From positions 1-64,000 of IMG/VR virus record IMGVR_UViG_3300001533_002564: a stretch of 64,000 nucleotides of DNA; one strand, given 5' to 3'. The DNA comes from a virus. A model generated the notes under the pieces. The model was given only the letters and a program-made list of their open reading frames with translations, searched no databases and was not told the origin of the DNA. Positions 48,076-59,877 of the stretch are shown piece after piece (the first letter of the stretch is position 1; each line of letters starts with the position of its first letter). Position numbers and translations under genes: made by a program.

Positions 48076-48915
48076 TTAACCAAGAGTACCAAAAAATTTA
48101 TCGAAATTTTTTGCTCCTTCTTCTGTTATATTAAGTTGTTTATAACCAAATCTATCATATAATAATTTAAATATTTTATATACATAGTTAATGCCTTCAA
48201 GCTCATAGTTTGGTTCATGTCTTTTTGCAGCATTTATCCAAATGGTATATGATGATGATGGTTCATTTAATAAATACGGTCCACGACTGTATCCAAATAA
48301 CGTACAACTTGCTAAATCATCACATTTTTTTGAAATCTCATCCATATATACACACTGTGCTTTAATCATAATTTCAGGATTATCGATAATGTTTTGAAAA
48401 ATTATTATTCTATTTTCTAATCCTTCAGAATTGTTTTGAATGAATGATTTTTTTGATGGAATTTCGTCTGGTTTATATGTGTAATCAATCATACCCTTTG
48501 TAATTGCTTTTATATCACTACCATTCATTCCTTTAAATTTGTTATCAATAATAACATCATAAATTGTTGGATATGTAAATTGACTAATTCCAGATGCGCT
48601 ACTAGGAAATGGAGCATAATTCCATACTTTATATCCTGATTCAATATATGCTTGTGCTGCTATAATATTTGCGTCAACATTATATAATGCAGCATACTTA
48701 TTATACCAATTAATTATTGCTTTAGCAAGTTCATCGTTGGTTTCAATACCACCATTAATATCTGGATTTGAAGTCCAATATCTATCTGGTGATATTGGTG
48801 TTGGAGTAAAAGGTAAAACATAATCATTTTTTCCTTTAAGATTTGAATTACCTTTCCCTTTACATTTTTCTTTAATATGTTCTTCACCTAATGTTGTTAA
48901 TCTTTTATATGGCAT
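48076..48915 (-). CDS. Lytic transglycosylase (SLT-like)
   Basis: IIAAQAYIESG, ASGISQF, GYSRG. Confidence 0.75.
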   Translation of the reverse strand: MPYKRLTTLGEEHIKEKCKGKGNSNLKGKNDYVLPFTPTPISPDRYWTSNPDINGGIETNDELAKAIINWYNKYAALYNVDANIIAAQAYIESGYKVWNYAPFPSSASGISQFTYPTIYDVIIDNKFKGMNGSDIKAITKGMIDYTYKPDEIPSKKSFIQNNSEGLENRIIIFQNIIDNPEIMIKAQCVYMDEISKKCDDLASCTLFGYSRGPYLLNEPSSSYTIWINAAKRHEPNYELEGINYVYKIFKLLYDRFGYKQLNITEEGAKNFDKFFGTLG

Positions 48916-48919
48916 ATTA

Positions 48920-51900
48920 TTAAATTTTTAATGTAATTTCATTTTTATCATCAAAATTATTTGGGTACATTGCCAAATAATGTGTCTGAACATTATTACT
49001 AACAGTAATTTGACTTTGTTCAAAAGCAAGAGTAGCTGCATCTGCTCCGCTTAATCCATTATATCTACTTAAAGCATTTGCTTCTAATACTCTTGGTATT
49101 GGATATTCTAATAATTTTGTACCACTAAAACTTGTTATCATTTTATTTGGAGTTATATCATGTTCAACATTTAAGATAATATATGCCCCATTAAATAATG
49201 GAATATTTTCTAATTGAAAATATTGTGTTGGTTGAATCATTACATTTCCTAATCCAGTAACTGTTGCTTTATATGACCTGTTCTCATATAAATTATAAAG
49301 ATTTTGTCCAATTGGAACTTTAGCATCTGGACTATTATCACTAGCCAATCTTGATAAAATTTGAATACTTTCATTAGTTTCTGGATATTCTTTACTATCA
49401 ATTTTTATATCAGTAAACATTGATTGGTTTTGTTCTCCAAATCTAACTCTAAATGCTCTTACTTGACTCCAAGGAAAATTATCATTTTTTTTAACTTGAT
49501 TAACATTTTCAGTATAACTTTCTTCATCAGTATTTCTTGAAAACCCACTAATATTTGGTTTACTAATATCGATAATCCCATCATTTTGAAAACCATTATT
49601 TGATATTGATGGATAACTTGATGACCCACCAACATACATACATACAAAATGTGTATTTTGAATATCATCATATCCACCATCATGTATTTTAAATGAATCA
49701 ACCCAACTATTTTTTGTTTCAAAATTTAAAAAATTTTGTAATGGAAAAAATTCAAAACCATTTAATGATAATAATTGTGATAACACTGAAAACAGACTAA
49801 TATTAGGGTCTTCTAACATTTCAGTTAAAATTTCACAATTAATGATTGTTTCACCAATTGGGTTCATTCCTCTATCAACAAATGCAAATGAATCAATTAA
49901 ATTTTTATTTTTATAATTAAATGGATATTTTTTATCACTATTTGATTGATTATACAACCATTTATCATTAATATTTTTAAATGAATAATATAATTGATTT
50001 ATAATGTGGTCATTTCCTTTTATTCTTTTTAATTCATCATTTTTATTATCAATCTCATCTTGAATTTCATTAAGATTTTTTTTTAAATTTAAAAAAAAGT
50101 TTTTAAAATATTTTTCATTATATTTTTCATAAACAGAATTTTCTTCATTTAATGATTTAATTGAAGAATAATTAGTTGGGTATGTTTCTACCATCTTAAA
50201 TGTTTGTTCTGAAAAATTAATTATATTTTTTCTTTCAATTAAATTACTTAAAATAGGATTAAAATATATTCCTTTATTACCAATATAATTATATTCATCA
50301 TATTTATTACCTATATTTGAGTCTAATAGATAAAGGTAAATCGAGATTTTACTATTATATTGAATTTCTTTCATTTTTGTTAAGCCTTCAATATCTTTAC
50401 TATCAATATATTTTCCTTTATTTGTAACATTAACAGCGTCATACATATCTTTAATACTTAACACAATACCATTATGAATATTATTTTTATATCTATTATA
50501 TATTAATTTAAATTGTTCTTTATCATAATCAGATAAATACTTATTAACGTCATGTAAATCAGCTAAAACATAGAATCCACGATTTTCAAATTTACTACCA
50601 GTTTTTGTTGTAAAATATTCAAAAATATCATCATCCCATCCATCTTCAATCGCAGTGAGAAGTGCACCAATATATGGTGAATAAAATGCTGGAACTTGAA
50701 ATACTGCTGCATTATTAAAAATTTGAGAATTTAATGAATTTTTATATACATTAAATGGACTAATTGTGTATCCAAAATTAGATAAAATTAATAATCGACT
50801 TAAATTTTGTGTTGTTGAACCAATAATTGTATCAATTATTTCATTATCTAATTTACCAAAAATAGTTGCCCATATTGTAATAATATTATTACCATAATCA
50901 AAAACATTATTTTCATCTAATTGTTTAAATGAAATATTACCAAGATCTCGTGCAATTGTTTGTCTTTCAGAATCAGTACCAGTTCCCGGGAAGTCGGTAT
51001 TTTTTGTTGAGAAATCAAATTTTGGGTCTGGATAAGCATATTTTTCTCTTTCACTATAATAACTTAAGTATTCACCCTCTGCTAAATACCTGCTATAAGT
51101 TTGTACACCACCAATAACGTTTTCATCTCTATCTTTACTCAAGAATGAGTCCGTAACAACATTAGTAACATCTAATATATATATTAAATTTTCTGTTGTA
51201 TATTTAAAATAATATTGAATATCATTTAATTTTAAATATTTAGTATACCAAGCATCAGTACCAAATGTATTTAACCAAGTATTGATTGATGTTTCAGAAG
51301 ATGTATCTCCTTGATAACTTATATTATTAACTTCCAAGTTTACACCCTTAAAATTGGGATTTTTTTTATCAACATAAACATCGCCATCACCAATTTGAAA
51401 ACTTTCTGGTTCATCTGAAAAATCATATATTGTACCATAATCAGTATTTATTTTACCCATTGCAGTATATAAATTATTAATTGATTTAGAATATTTATTA
51501 ACCATATCAGTAAAAAGACCAATGTTTTTTTCAGTAATAAATGACATTAAATTAATTGCTTCGGCTTCAGAATATAAATCAATATTTGCGCTAGCTAATG
51601 AAATATATTCATCATTTATTGGGTAAAATGATTCTGTAAGTGTTCCTTGACTTAAAACATAAAAACGTTCAACTAATTTTTTTAATACTTCATCATGAAT
51701 GTTATCTGTTATTTCTAAGTATGGACTTTTTGATGATGCACCACCAAGTGTTGAATCATATGGAGATATTGGTATCCAATTATTAACATTATCTTCATTT
51801 TTATCGTCTCTAGCAAAATATTGTTGAGTAAAAGTGATTTGGTCACTAAATGCATCAATAAATTTATCAACAAGATTAAGTTCAGGAAAAGGAACTTTTC

Positions 51901-53575
51901 TACTCAATTCTAGTGGTGCTACACGACTTTGTCTACCTGCTGTAGTGTTAACTATTAATGGAAATGGATAAATATGAGGATTATTTTCTTTATCTTCATT
52001 ATATGAACTATCAGCTAAAATTATTCTTTTATTTGAACTTATATTATGTGACTCATCAGCAGTAGTTACTGTTGAATTTAATGTAAAAAAGAATTTATCT
52101 ACATCATCTAATATTATTTTAAATATATTGTATATTGACGGGGTCATTCCCAATTTTTCTAGAGTTAATGCATTAATTTTTGTTGTTAACTCTATTGCAA
52201 TATTTCTATTTTTTATTTCTAATTTATCTTTTTGTTTATATAACTTAGTATAATATGTTGTAATATCAATACCATAATATTTTGTATTAGTTTTACTATT
52301 ATTATCTCTAAAATCTTTTATATTATAAAATGATTCTGGTTTACCAATATCACTATCACTAATATTATCTAATAATACATTTTGATTTAGTAAAATTTTT
52401 CTATATTCAAGCAATGGTGTTTCAAATAATGAATTGTCTTCAGTTGTAAATTCCCAAAAAGATTCTTTGGGTTTATTTTCACTAATTGTTTTATTTGTTC
52501 CAGCAACATAAAGAATAAATAATTTTGTTGATGATAATGTTTCAATACCATTTGATTCTTGATTTTTAATTCTATTATTAATTACTGATAAATCATTAAT
52601 TTCTGTTATATCATTATCACTTAGAATACTGTTTTGAGTGTTATCTTGATTTTTTACATGATTCGTATCAACCATAACTAAATATGATTCATTTTTATTT
52701 AATATTTCATTATTTTTAATATTTGAAGGATTTAACATTTCCATAACTGAATTAATTGATTTAATAATGTCAAGATTATTCTTTATATCATTATTTTCTT
52801 GTTCAGTTTTCAATAAATCAGAAGTCGCACTATAAAGACTTTTTAATTGTAATATTAATTGAAAAGTGTTCTTTGGTATTTCTTTTGGTTCAGGGTTCAT
52901 TGAGTTATTACCATCATCATTATTATCAATTAATGATGTATTAACAACATATCCAAATAAAATATCTGTTAATGGTGCAAATGTTAGTGCAACAAATTGT
53001 GCATCAATAACAAAATTACCATTAGCAGCATTAAATTCTGATGTATATTTAACTAAGTGTAAGTCATATGCTATTGGTTTTCCATAATATCCTTTAACTG
53101 TTAATTTAAATATTGGTGGTGGAAAATCAAATAGCATTTGATATGGTGAATCAGTTTGATTAAAAAATGCCAATCCTCTAATATCAATAAATTGAATATT
53201 GACTTGTGGAATAAACGATGAATTTATTGTAATTTTTATATTATTAATACCGAAACCTTCATAATGCTGTCCATCTGGATTACTTCCATCATAATAATTT
53301 GTAGTAAAATTTAAATGATTGGGGTCGTTCGTTTCATTATCTTGATTGTTACCAATAAAGTTAATTGGGGGTTTTGATTTAGTACTACTTACATTATTAT
53401 CAATGATAACAGTTCTTTCTTTACTTTTTGCAGTTAATTCAGCAAAAATATACATATTTTCATATTGAGGTATACCATTAACAATATTATTATTAATATT
53501 TATTGTATTTGGGTCAATTAATATTACGTTACCATTATCATCTACATTCTCTTCAGCCATTATTATATTTTTCAT
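48920..53575 (-). CDS. Large virion (baseplate hub/tail-like) protein
   Basis: 1551 aa; C-terminal GLGNVMIQPTQYF...FNGAYIILNVEHDI. Confidence 0.6.
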   Translation of the reverse strand: MKNIIMAEENVDDNGNVILIDPNTININNNIVNGIPQYENMYIFAELTAKSKERTVIIDNNVSSTKSKPPINFIGNNQDNETNDPNHLNFTTNYYDGSNPDGQHYEGFGINNIKITINSSFIPQVNIQFIDIRGLAFFNQTDSPYQMLFDFPPPIFKLTVKGYYGKPIAYDLHLVKYTSEFNAANGNFVIDAQFVALTFAPLTDILFGYVVNTSLIDNNDDGNNSMNPEPKEIPKNTFQLILQLKSLYSATSDLLKTEQENNDIKNNLDIIKSINSVMEMLNPSNIKNNEILNKNESYLVMVDTNHVKNQDNTQNSILSDNDITEINDLSVINNRIKNQESNGIETLSSTKLFILYVAGTNKTISENKPKESFWEFTTEDNSLFETPLLEYRKILLNQNVLLDNISDSDIGKPESFYNIKDFRDNNSKTNTKYYGIDITTYYTKLYKQKDKLEIKNRNIAIELTTKINALTLEKLGMTPSIYNIFKIILDDVDKFFFTLNSTVTTADESHNISSNKRIILADSSYNEDKENNPHIYPFPLIVNTTAGRQSRVAPLELSRKVPFPELNLVDKFIDAFSDQITFTQQYFARDDKNEDNVNNWIPISPYDSTLGGASSKSPYLEITDNIHDEVLKKLVERFYVLSQGTLTESFYPINDEYISLASANIDLYSEAEAINLMSFITEKNIGLFTDMVNKYSKSINNLYTAMGKINTDYGTIYDFSDEPESFQIGDGDVYVDKKNPNFKGVNLEVNNISYQGDTSSETSINTWLNTFGTDAWYTKYLKLNDIQYYFKYTTENLIYILDVTNVVTDSFLSKDRDENVIGGVQTYSRYLAEGEYLSYYSEREKYAYPDPKFDFSTKNTDFPGTGTDSERQTIARDLGNISFKQLDENNVFDYGNNIITIWATIFGKLDNEIIDTIIGSTTQNLSRLLILSNFGYTISPFNVYKNSLNSQIFNNAAVFQVPAFYSPYIGALLTAIEDGWDDDIFEYFTTKTGSKFENRGFYVLADLHDVNKYLSDYDKEQFKLIYNRYKNNIHNGIVLSIKDMYDAVNVTNKGKYIDSKDIEGLTKMKEIQYNSKISIYLYLLDSNIGNKYDEYNYIGNKGIYFNPILSNLIERKNIINFSEQTFKMVETYPTNYSSIKSLNEENSVYEKYNEKYFKNFFLNLKKNLNEIQDEIDNKNDELKRIKGNDHIINQLYYSFKNINDKWLYNQSNSDKKYPFNYKNKNLIDSFAFVDRGMNPIGETIINCEILTEMLEDPNISLFSVLSQLLSLNGFEFFPLQNFLNFETKNSWVDSFKIHDGGYDDIQNTHFVCMYVGGSSSYPSISNNGFQNDGIIDISKPNISGFSRNTDEESYTENVNQVKKNDNFPWSQVRAFRVRFGEQNQSMFTDIKIDSKEYPETNESIQILSRLASDNSPDAKVPIGQNLYNLYENRSYKATVTGLGNVMIQPTQYFQLENIPLFNGAYIILNVEHDITPNKMITSFSGTKLLEYPIPRVLEANALSRYNGLSGADAATLAFEQSQITVSNNVQTHYLAMYPNNFDDKNEITLKI

Positions 53576-53649
53576 ATAAATACCTTAGAATAAAAAATAT
53601 AATAATTACTACCAAATTGAATTATTTAAACTATTTATATTAAACGAAA

Positions 53650-54066
53650 ATGATGTTATTAAAAGCAACAGAGATATTAAATCAAAATATTCATTCAATT
53701 TGGGAAAATATATTCTTCTATTTATTTATTGTAATAATATTATTTTTTTTAATATCAATATTTTTCCATATAAAAATTTTTAGAAAGAAGAATAATGAAA
53801 TTAAATTATTACAACAACAAAATATAACACGAATAGATAATATTAGAAAAGAAAATTCAAGTGTTTTAGATAATCTTAGAGTTGAAATGTTAAAACATGA
53901 AAATGAGAGAATCCGTCAATGGATGGAAAGTGAAAAAGAAACCCTTCATGTTTTAAATGGTGTTTCAACATTATTAGAATTAAGTGATAAAGTTGATAAG
54001 GTTGAATTTAAAAATATTCGTGAAGCATTAAATGTAATTGAAAAATTAATAAAAGACCTTAAATAA
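53650..54066 (+). CDS. Single-TM coiled-coil protein (holin-like?)
   Basis: N-terminal TM. Confidence 0.5.
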   Translation: MMLLKATEILNQNIHSIWENIFFYLFIVIILFFLISIFFHIKIFRKKNNEIKLLQQQNITRIDNIRKENSSVLDNLRVEMLKHENERIRQWMESEKETLHVLNGVSTLLELSDKVDKVEFKNIREALNVIEKLIKDLK

Positions 54067-54260
54067 AATAGAATTCTGATGGGAAAAATTAATAAACTTA
54101 AGGAAATTAATAAGAAAATAAGTAGAATATTAAATGACTTAGAGACGGATATATTTATAAAAAATATTGATATTGAAAACAATAGAATCATTAAGAAATA
54201 TAATCAAACCCTTATTAACTCAAAATAAAATTATTAACTATTTATTAAAAACAAATTAAT

Positions 54261-54977
54261 ATGTTTAAAAAAAAATTAAGCAGAATATTAGAAGAAGGTG
54301 ATACTGGTTTCGGTATTTTAATTGAACATGATGCTGGATTTATTAATTCTGAAATTAACAAAAATATCCTTAATGAAAATTTTGAATTAAAACCTAATGA
54401 ACCCGTACTAGTTAATTGTATATTACAAAAATGGGGTGTAAAAAATAAAAATGGTAGGATTTATCCAAAGGAAGTATTATTACCACAAGTTAATATATAT
54501 CAAGAATTAGTTAATACAAATAGTGCTGTATCTGAAGCAGACCATCCTGATTCATCAATAATATCATTAAATAATATATCACATATGATAACTAAAATGT
54601 GGTGGGGTATTGGTGAACAAGAAAATGTATTATTTGGTCAATTAAAATTAATTGTATCACCGGGATACATTAATTTTGGTATTGTTTCAGTTATTGGTGA
54701 TAAAATTGTATTGTATTTACAAAATAAAATTAAATTAGGTATTTCAAGTCGTGGAGTAGGAACTTTAAAAGAAATTAATGGTGAAAATTTAGTTCAAGAT
54801 GATTTTGAATTAATTGGGTTTGATTTAGTGGCAACGCCAAGTACACCGGGAGCATTTCTTTTTCCTGAAAAAAATGGTGATATGAGTTTCGGAGAAAATT
54901 ATGTAAATAAAAACGGTATTTTATTAAAAGAAGATAACAATAAAATAATAACTGCAATAGATAAATTTTTATTATAA
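54261..54977 (+). CDS. Prohead protease (T4 gp21-like)
   Basis: NKNGRIYP, EADHP, LGISSRGVG, FDLVATPSTPGA. Confidence 0.92.
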   Translation: MFKKKLSRILEEGDTGFGILIEHDAGFINSEINKNILNENFELKPNEPVLVNCILQKWGVKNKNGRIYPKEVLLPQVNIYQELVNTNSAVSEADHPDSSIISLNNISHMITKMWWGIGEQENVLFGQLKLIVSPGYINFGIVSVIGDKIVLYLQNKIKLGISSRGVGTLKEINGENLVQDDFELIGFDLVATPSTPGAFLFPEKNGDMSFGENYVNKNGILLKEDNNKIITAIDKFLL

Positions 54978-55106
54978 AAGCGCATAATATAATGATAAAA
55001 AATTGTATATGCAAGAAAATTAGGTGTTTTTTATTAAAAATTACACTTTTTCATAATAAGAATGTATTTATATAAAAATTATAGTATTAGATATTACATA
55101 TAAATA

Positions 55107-56633
55107 ATGAAAAACGATAAAAAAAAATCGGTAATTAAAGAAGCACTTGTTGAATATACTGAGATTCAAGAAGCTGCTATTGCTAATGCTAAAAAAAATT
55201 TAGCTGAAAAATATCCTGAAAAGTTTAATGATTTATTAAAGGAAGAATTAAATAAAAATAAAAAGACAAAAGAGTCATATAAAAAAATAGACGAAAGTAA
55301 AGAATCTGAAAAAGATGATGTCGAAACTAATAAAGAAGATGATGTTATGAAAAAACAAACTAAAGAGACTAAAAAAGTTGTAAAAGAAGGTAAAGAAAAG
55401 AATCAACCATTTGATGAAAAAGCACCAGAAAACGGACCTGACGTTGTGAAAGAAGAACGTGAGAAAGATTTCATGGGAGATGTTGAAAAAGATACTCCTA
55501 ATAAAGCTGATGGTAAAACCGAAGACGGTGATACTTACAGTGAAAAAATTACTACAAAAAAAGAAACTCTTGCGAATAAGACTTCTGTAAAAGAAGAGTT
55601 TGATATGACAGACCTTGACCAACAAGCTGTTGGTTCTGCAATCGAAGAAGCAGAAGATGATGATGAAATTATCACAATGAATGAAATTGAAAATGAAATT
55701 CAAGGGATGGACTCTTTAGAAGAAGAACTTAGCGACATGAGTGGATTGCCTCGTCCAGAATTAGAACCACGTGGTTCTGCTCAAGGTCAAGAAGGTGATG
55801 CATTTACTAAATTAGTTAAGATGAGAGAACAACTTGACGAAATGATAAGTGGAATGAATGTTGCCGAACAAAAAAATAATGGTGGACAGGGTGCTAATAA
55901 AGTAAATGCTGGCGGACCGACTCAATCAATGATTGATGAAGAAGATATTACTGATGCTGATGTTGAAGCAGTTTTAGGTTCTGCTCCAGAAATGGATGAA
56001 CAAGAAATTGTTGATGAACAAGAAGTTGATGAAAATATGGAACATACTCAAACTCATCATAATGCAAGAAAAACAGGTTCTCATAACAATACCAATTATG
56101 GTAAAGAAAATAGATTGCGTGACGCAATGAAAGAAAATGAAAATAAAAAGATTAGTAGTTTAATTAGTGAAAACAAAGGTTTAACAAAGAAATTGAACGA
56201 AACTAAGAAATTCAAGCAGTCAGTGACTACATTAGTAGAACAATATAAGTCTGCACTTGAAAAATATCGTAATCAACTTAAAGAAATGGCTACATTTAAT
56301 ACCAATTTGGCACATGTAAATAACCTATTGGTTAATGAAAGTCTTGCTTTAACTCAACAAGATAAAATTAAGATTATCAACGAGTTTAAAAAAGTAGATA
56401 CAATTGCTGAATCACAGAAAAAGTATAAAACATTTTTATCAGAAATGAAAGAAAATAAACCTACTTTATCTGAAAGTATTGAAAAAAAGGTGAGTGCCTC
56501 TATCTCACCATCTTCAAAACAAAATATTGAGGAAGCAAAAGAAGTAACAGCATACGCAGATGATGAACACATCAATAAAATGAAAAGATTAATCGAGTAT
56601 GTTGAAAAAAGAGAGAATAAAAAAATAATTTAA
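55107..56633 (+). CDS. Prohead scaffold/core protein (gp22-like)
   Basis: Acidic coiled coil between protease and capsid. Confidence 0.75.
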   Translation: MKNDKKKSVIKEALVEYTEIQEAAIANAKKNLAEKYPEKFNDLLKEELNKNKKTKESYKKIDESKESEKDDVETNKEDDVMKKQTKETKKVVKEGKEKNQPFDEKAPENGPDVVKEEREKDFMGDVEKDTPNKADGKTEDGDTYSEKITTKKETLANKTSVKEEFDMTDLDQQAVGSAIEEAEDDDEIITMNEIENEIQGMDSLEEELSDMSGLPRPELEPRGSAQGQEGDAFTKLVKMREQLDEMISGMNVAEQKNNGGQGANKVNAGGPTQSMIDEEDITDADVEAVLGSAPEMDEQEIVDEQEVDENMEHTQTHHNARKTGSHNNTNYGKENRLRDAMKENENKKISSLISENKGLTKKLNETKKFKQSVTTLVEQYKSALEKYRNQLKEMATFNTNLAHVNNLLVNESLALTQQDKIKIINEFKKVDTIAESQKKYKTFLSEMKENKPTLSESIEKKVSASISPSSKQNIEEAKEVTAYADDEHINKMKRLIEYVEKRENKKII

Positions 56634-56655
56634 AAAACATAAAAAATATAAATAA

Positions 56656-58326
56656 ATGGGATTTTTAATGGAAAGTGCGGAAGTTGGTAATATTGGATTA
56701 AAACAACTCCGTGAACAAAGAGAAATAACATCTAATCGTTGGGAAAAGATTGGATTGTTAGAAGGATTAGAAGGAAATATAAAAGAAAACTGTGCTCAAT
56801 TATTTGAGAATCAGTTGTCACACATGATTAATGAATCATCAGATTCATCTAATAGTGGTCAATTTGAAACAGTTGCTTTTCCTGTAATTCGAAGAGTATT
56901 CGCTAAATTATTAGCAAATGATATCGTGTCAGTACAAGCACTTAACTTACCTATTGGTAAATTGTACTATATTAACCCTAAAACTAGTGTTAGATCAGAA
57001 CAAACTGCTGGCGTTCATACTTCACCTGATGGTGCTTATGGAAATGCTGCTGATAAAGCTGCTGATTCAAGAACTCAGTTCGAAACTCGTTCATTATATG
57101 ATGCATTCTATGCAAGTAAATATGATGAAGAAGGTACATCATTATTTGACCGTTCAAAAGGTGATATTACTGTTGTAACTGGTGCAACTACTGCTGAAAC
57201 ATTTACAATTGGTATTGATAAATATGTACAATTAACTGTTGGTGATATTTATAGTACTGCTGAAGGTAAATTGGTAGGACCTACTGGTGTTCCAATGGAC
57301 ACTGAATCATTCCTTGCTGGTTTAAGAGTTGTTGCTGACGTTGATTTAACTGCTCCAGCACCTTATACTGAAGAAGGTATTACTGCTGGTGATGCAATTC
57401 CTTTCAATGTAAAAGTACAGAAATACGGACAAGCTATTGTAAGTAAAGACGGTGAATTAATTTTACTTGTTGACCTTACTTATGCTGGTACTAATGGTTA
57501 TCAACCACTTAGTGGTGCAAGTACACTTAATTTCAGTGTAACTTACAGAACATATTCTGACCTTGAAGAAGACTCAAGAATGGCTGAAGTTTCCTTCCAA
57601 TTAGACCAAGTTCCTGTTTCTGTTGAAACACGTAAAATGCGTGCTATGTGGACACCTGAATTAGCCCAAGACGTTTCTGCATTCCATAATATCGATGCTG
57701 AAGCAGAATTAACTGCTTTATTATCTGAACAAATGGCTGCTGAAATAGACCGTGAAATTCTTCGTGACTTACGTAAAGGTGCTGCTTGGACTGCTCGTTG
57801 GGATTATAATGGACTACGTAAACAAGGTAGTACTAATCAATATTACGGTGTACAAAAAGACTGGAATCAAACATTGGTTACTAAAATCAATCAGATTTCT
57901 GCACAAATTCACAAAGCAACACTTCGTGGTGGTGCATCTTGGGTAGTTGTTTCTCCTGAAGTATCTGCTGTATTTGATGACCTTGAATATTTCCACGTAT
58001 CTAATGCTGCTCCAGAGCAGGATAAATACAACATGGGTATTGAGAAAATCGGTATTTTAAGTGGACGTTATTTAGTATATCGTGACCCATATTCTCCAGC
58101 TAACACTGTGCTTATTGGTCATAAAGGAACTAGTATTCTTGAGACCGGTTACATATATGCGCCATACGTTCCTATGCAGTTAACTCCTGTAATGTATAAT
58201 CCGTTTGATTTCACACCAATACGTGGTATCATGACTCGTTATGCTAAGAAAATGGTATTAAACCGTTACTATGGTAGAATCTATTGCGATGGTCTTCAGA
58301 CTTTCGGAATCGGTGACTTACAGTAA
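56656..58326 (+). CDS. Major capsid protein (T4 gp23-like)
   Basis: WTPELAQD, DAEAEL, EIDREI, YAPYVP, TPIRGIMTRY. Confidence 0.95.
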   Translation: MGFLMESAEVGNIGLKQLREQREITSNRWEKIGLLEGLEGNIKENCAQLFENQLSHMINESSDSSNSGQFETVAFPVIRRVFAKLLANDIVSVQALNLPIGKLYYINPKTSVRSEQTAGVHTSPDGAYGNAADKAADSRTQFETRSLYDAFYASKYDEEGTSLFDRSKGDITVVTGATTAETFTIGIDKYVQLTVGDIYSTAEGKLVGPTGVPMDTESFLAGLRVVADVDLTAPAPYTEEGITAGDAIPFNVKVQKYGQAIVSKDGELILLVDLTYAGTNGYQPLSGASTLNFSVTYRTYSDLEEDSRMAEVSFQLDQVPVSVETRKMRAMWTPELAQDVSAFHNIDAEAELTALLSEQMAAEIDREILRDLRKGAAWTARWDYNGLRKQGSTNQYYGVQKDWNQTLVTKINQISAQIHKATLRGGASWVVVSPEVSAVFDDLEYFHVSNAAPEQDKYNMGIEKIGILSGRYLVYRDPYSPANTVLIGHKGTSILETGYIYAPYVPMQLTPVMYNPFDFTPIRGIMTRYAKKMVLNRYYGRIYCDGLQTFGIGDLQ

Positions 58327-58348
58327 TCAATAAACTGAAATATTTTTA

Positions 58349-58379
58349 AAAAGAGTTGGAATGTTCCAACTCTTTTTTT
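58349..58379 (+). terminator. Intrinsic terminator after capsid gene
   Basis: AAAGAGTTGGAA-TG-TTCCAACTCTTTTTT. Confidence 0.8.
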
Positions 58380-58408
58380 ATTTTTGTATTGCATTAACAC
58401 ATATCTTT

Positions 58409-59866
58409 ATGGAAGCATATCAATTTAAAATAAGAAAACAAAAATCTCAATCAGAAAAAATTGATTTTGATTTAAATCAAATTACGCTTAAAAATTCTGA
58501 AATTAAATTAATTGATAAAGAAACAGCAAAAAAAATAATTATTGAATATGAATGGTTAGAATCAATGCCATTTATAGTTAAATATTGTTTTGGTATTTAT
58601 TTTAACGTTAATAATAAAAAACAAATTGGTGGTGTATTAGTTTTTAGTAATGATTATGCCGATAATACTGGTGTCTGGGATAAATATGGTTTTACTGATA
58701 AATTAATATTATTAAGTAGAGGAGTTTGTTTATGGTGGACACCAAAAAATACAGCATCATATTTTATATCAAAAGCTACTGATTGGTTAAAAAAGAATAC
58801 TAAATATAGAATAATAACAGCAACAGTAGACCCTGCTGCTGGTGAAGTTGGAACAATATATCAATCATTAAATTGGAAATATGTTGGTGTTATGAGTGGA
58901 AATTATTATCATAAAAAAGAATCTAAGAGATTTGGAGTCATAATTGATGGAAAATTGAGAGGTAGTAGGTGGTGTAGAAGTAATTTAGGTTGTATGAAGA
59001 AAGAAGTTATTTTATCGAAATACCCTGATGCTAAGTTTGTTCATCAATATAGAAAAAAACGATATTTTTATTTTATCGATACTAAAGCAAATAATAAAAA
59101 ACATCTAAATGCAATTAAACATCTTCTTTTACTCTATCCTAAAAGGAATCAAGATATAATTGGTATCATTTATTTAATTAGGAATAAAGTAAATGATAAA
59201 AAATATGTCGGTCAAACAATTCGTGCATTAAGTGATAGAATTAATGACTATAAAAGAGGTTTTGGTAATGATTATTTAAATAATTCATTTAATAAATATG
59301 GTTGGGATAATTTCGAATTTTCAGTTATTGATTCAGCACAAACTATTGAAGAACTAAATTCGAAAGAAATTAAATACATTTTAAAATATAATACAACTAA
59401 CAAAGAATTTGGATATAATATTGAAATAGGTGGTTGTAATTCAATTCCAAATATCGAAACTTTAGAAAAAATGTCCAAATCTCATTTAGGTATTAAACAA
59501 ACAGATGAATGGATTAATAAAAGAATAGCTAAAGCAGGAACTGATAATGCTAAAAAATATGGTAAAATAAAGACTGATGATGAAAAACAAGAACTTAGTC
59601 TAAAATCACCAAAATATTGGTTAGGTAAAAATCATGATATTGAGACAAGAGAAAAAATAAGTAAAACAAAAAAAGAAAGGGGTTTATCTGTTAAACAAAA
59701 AGAAGTGTTATGTAAGAAAGTATATAAAATAAATATTATTGATAATAATACAATTGATTATGATTCAACAAAACATGCTTCAATAATTGAAGGTGTAAAT
59801 CAATCAACAATATCAAGATGGTGTAAAAACAAAAAAACTATTAATGGATTTTTATGGAAATATTAA
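58409..59866 (+). CDS. Mom-like GNAT domain fused to GIY-YIG endonuclease
   Basis: LSRGVCL...KNTASYFIS...DPAAGEVGTIYQSLNWKYVG, then IIYLIRNKVNDKKYVGQT and NUMOD repeats. Confidence 0.72.
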   Translation: MEAYQFKIRKQKSQSEKIDFDLNQITLKNSEIKLIDKETAKKIIIEYEWLESMPFIVKYCFGIYFNVNNKKQIGGVLVFSNDYADNTGVWDKYGFTDKLILLSRGVCLWWTPKNTASYFISKATDWLKKNTKYRIITATVDPAAGEVGTIYQSLNWKYVGVMSGNYYHKKESKRFGVIIDGKLRGSRWCRSNLGCMKKEVILSKYPDAKFVHQYRKKRYFYFIDTKANNKKHLNAIKHLLLLYPKRNQDIIGIIYLIRNKVNDKKYVGQTIRALSDRINDYKRGFGNDYLNNSFNKYGWDNFEFSVIDSAQTIEELNSKEIKYILKYNTTNKEFGYNIEIGGCNSIPNIETLEKMSKSHLGIKQTDEWINKRIAKAGTDNAKKYGKIKTDDEKQELSLKSPKYWLGKNHDIETREKISKTKKERGLSVKQKEVLCKKVYKINIIDNNTIDYDSTKHASIIEGVNQSTISRWCKNKKTINGFLWKY

Positions 59867-59877
59867 TTTACTTATTT

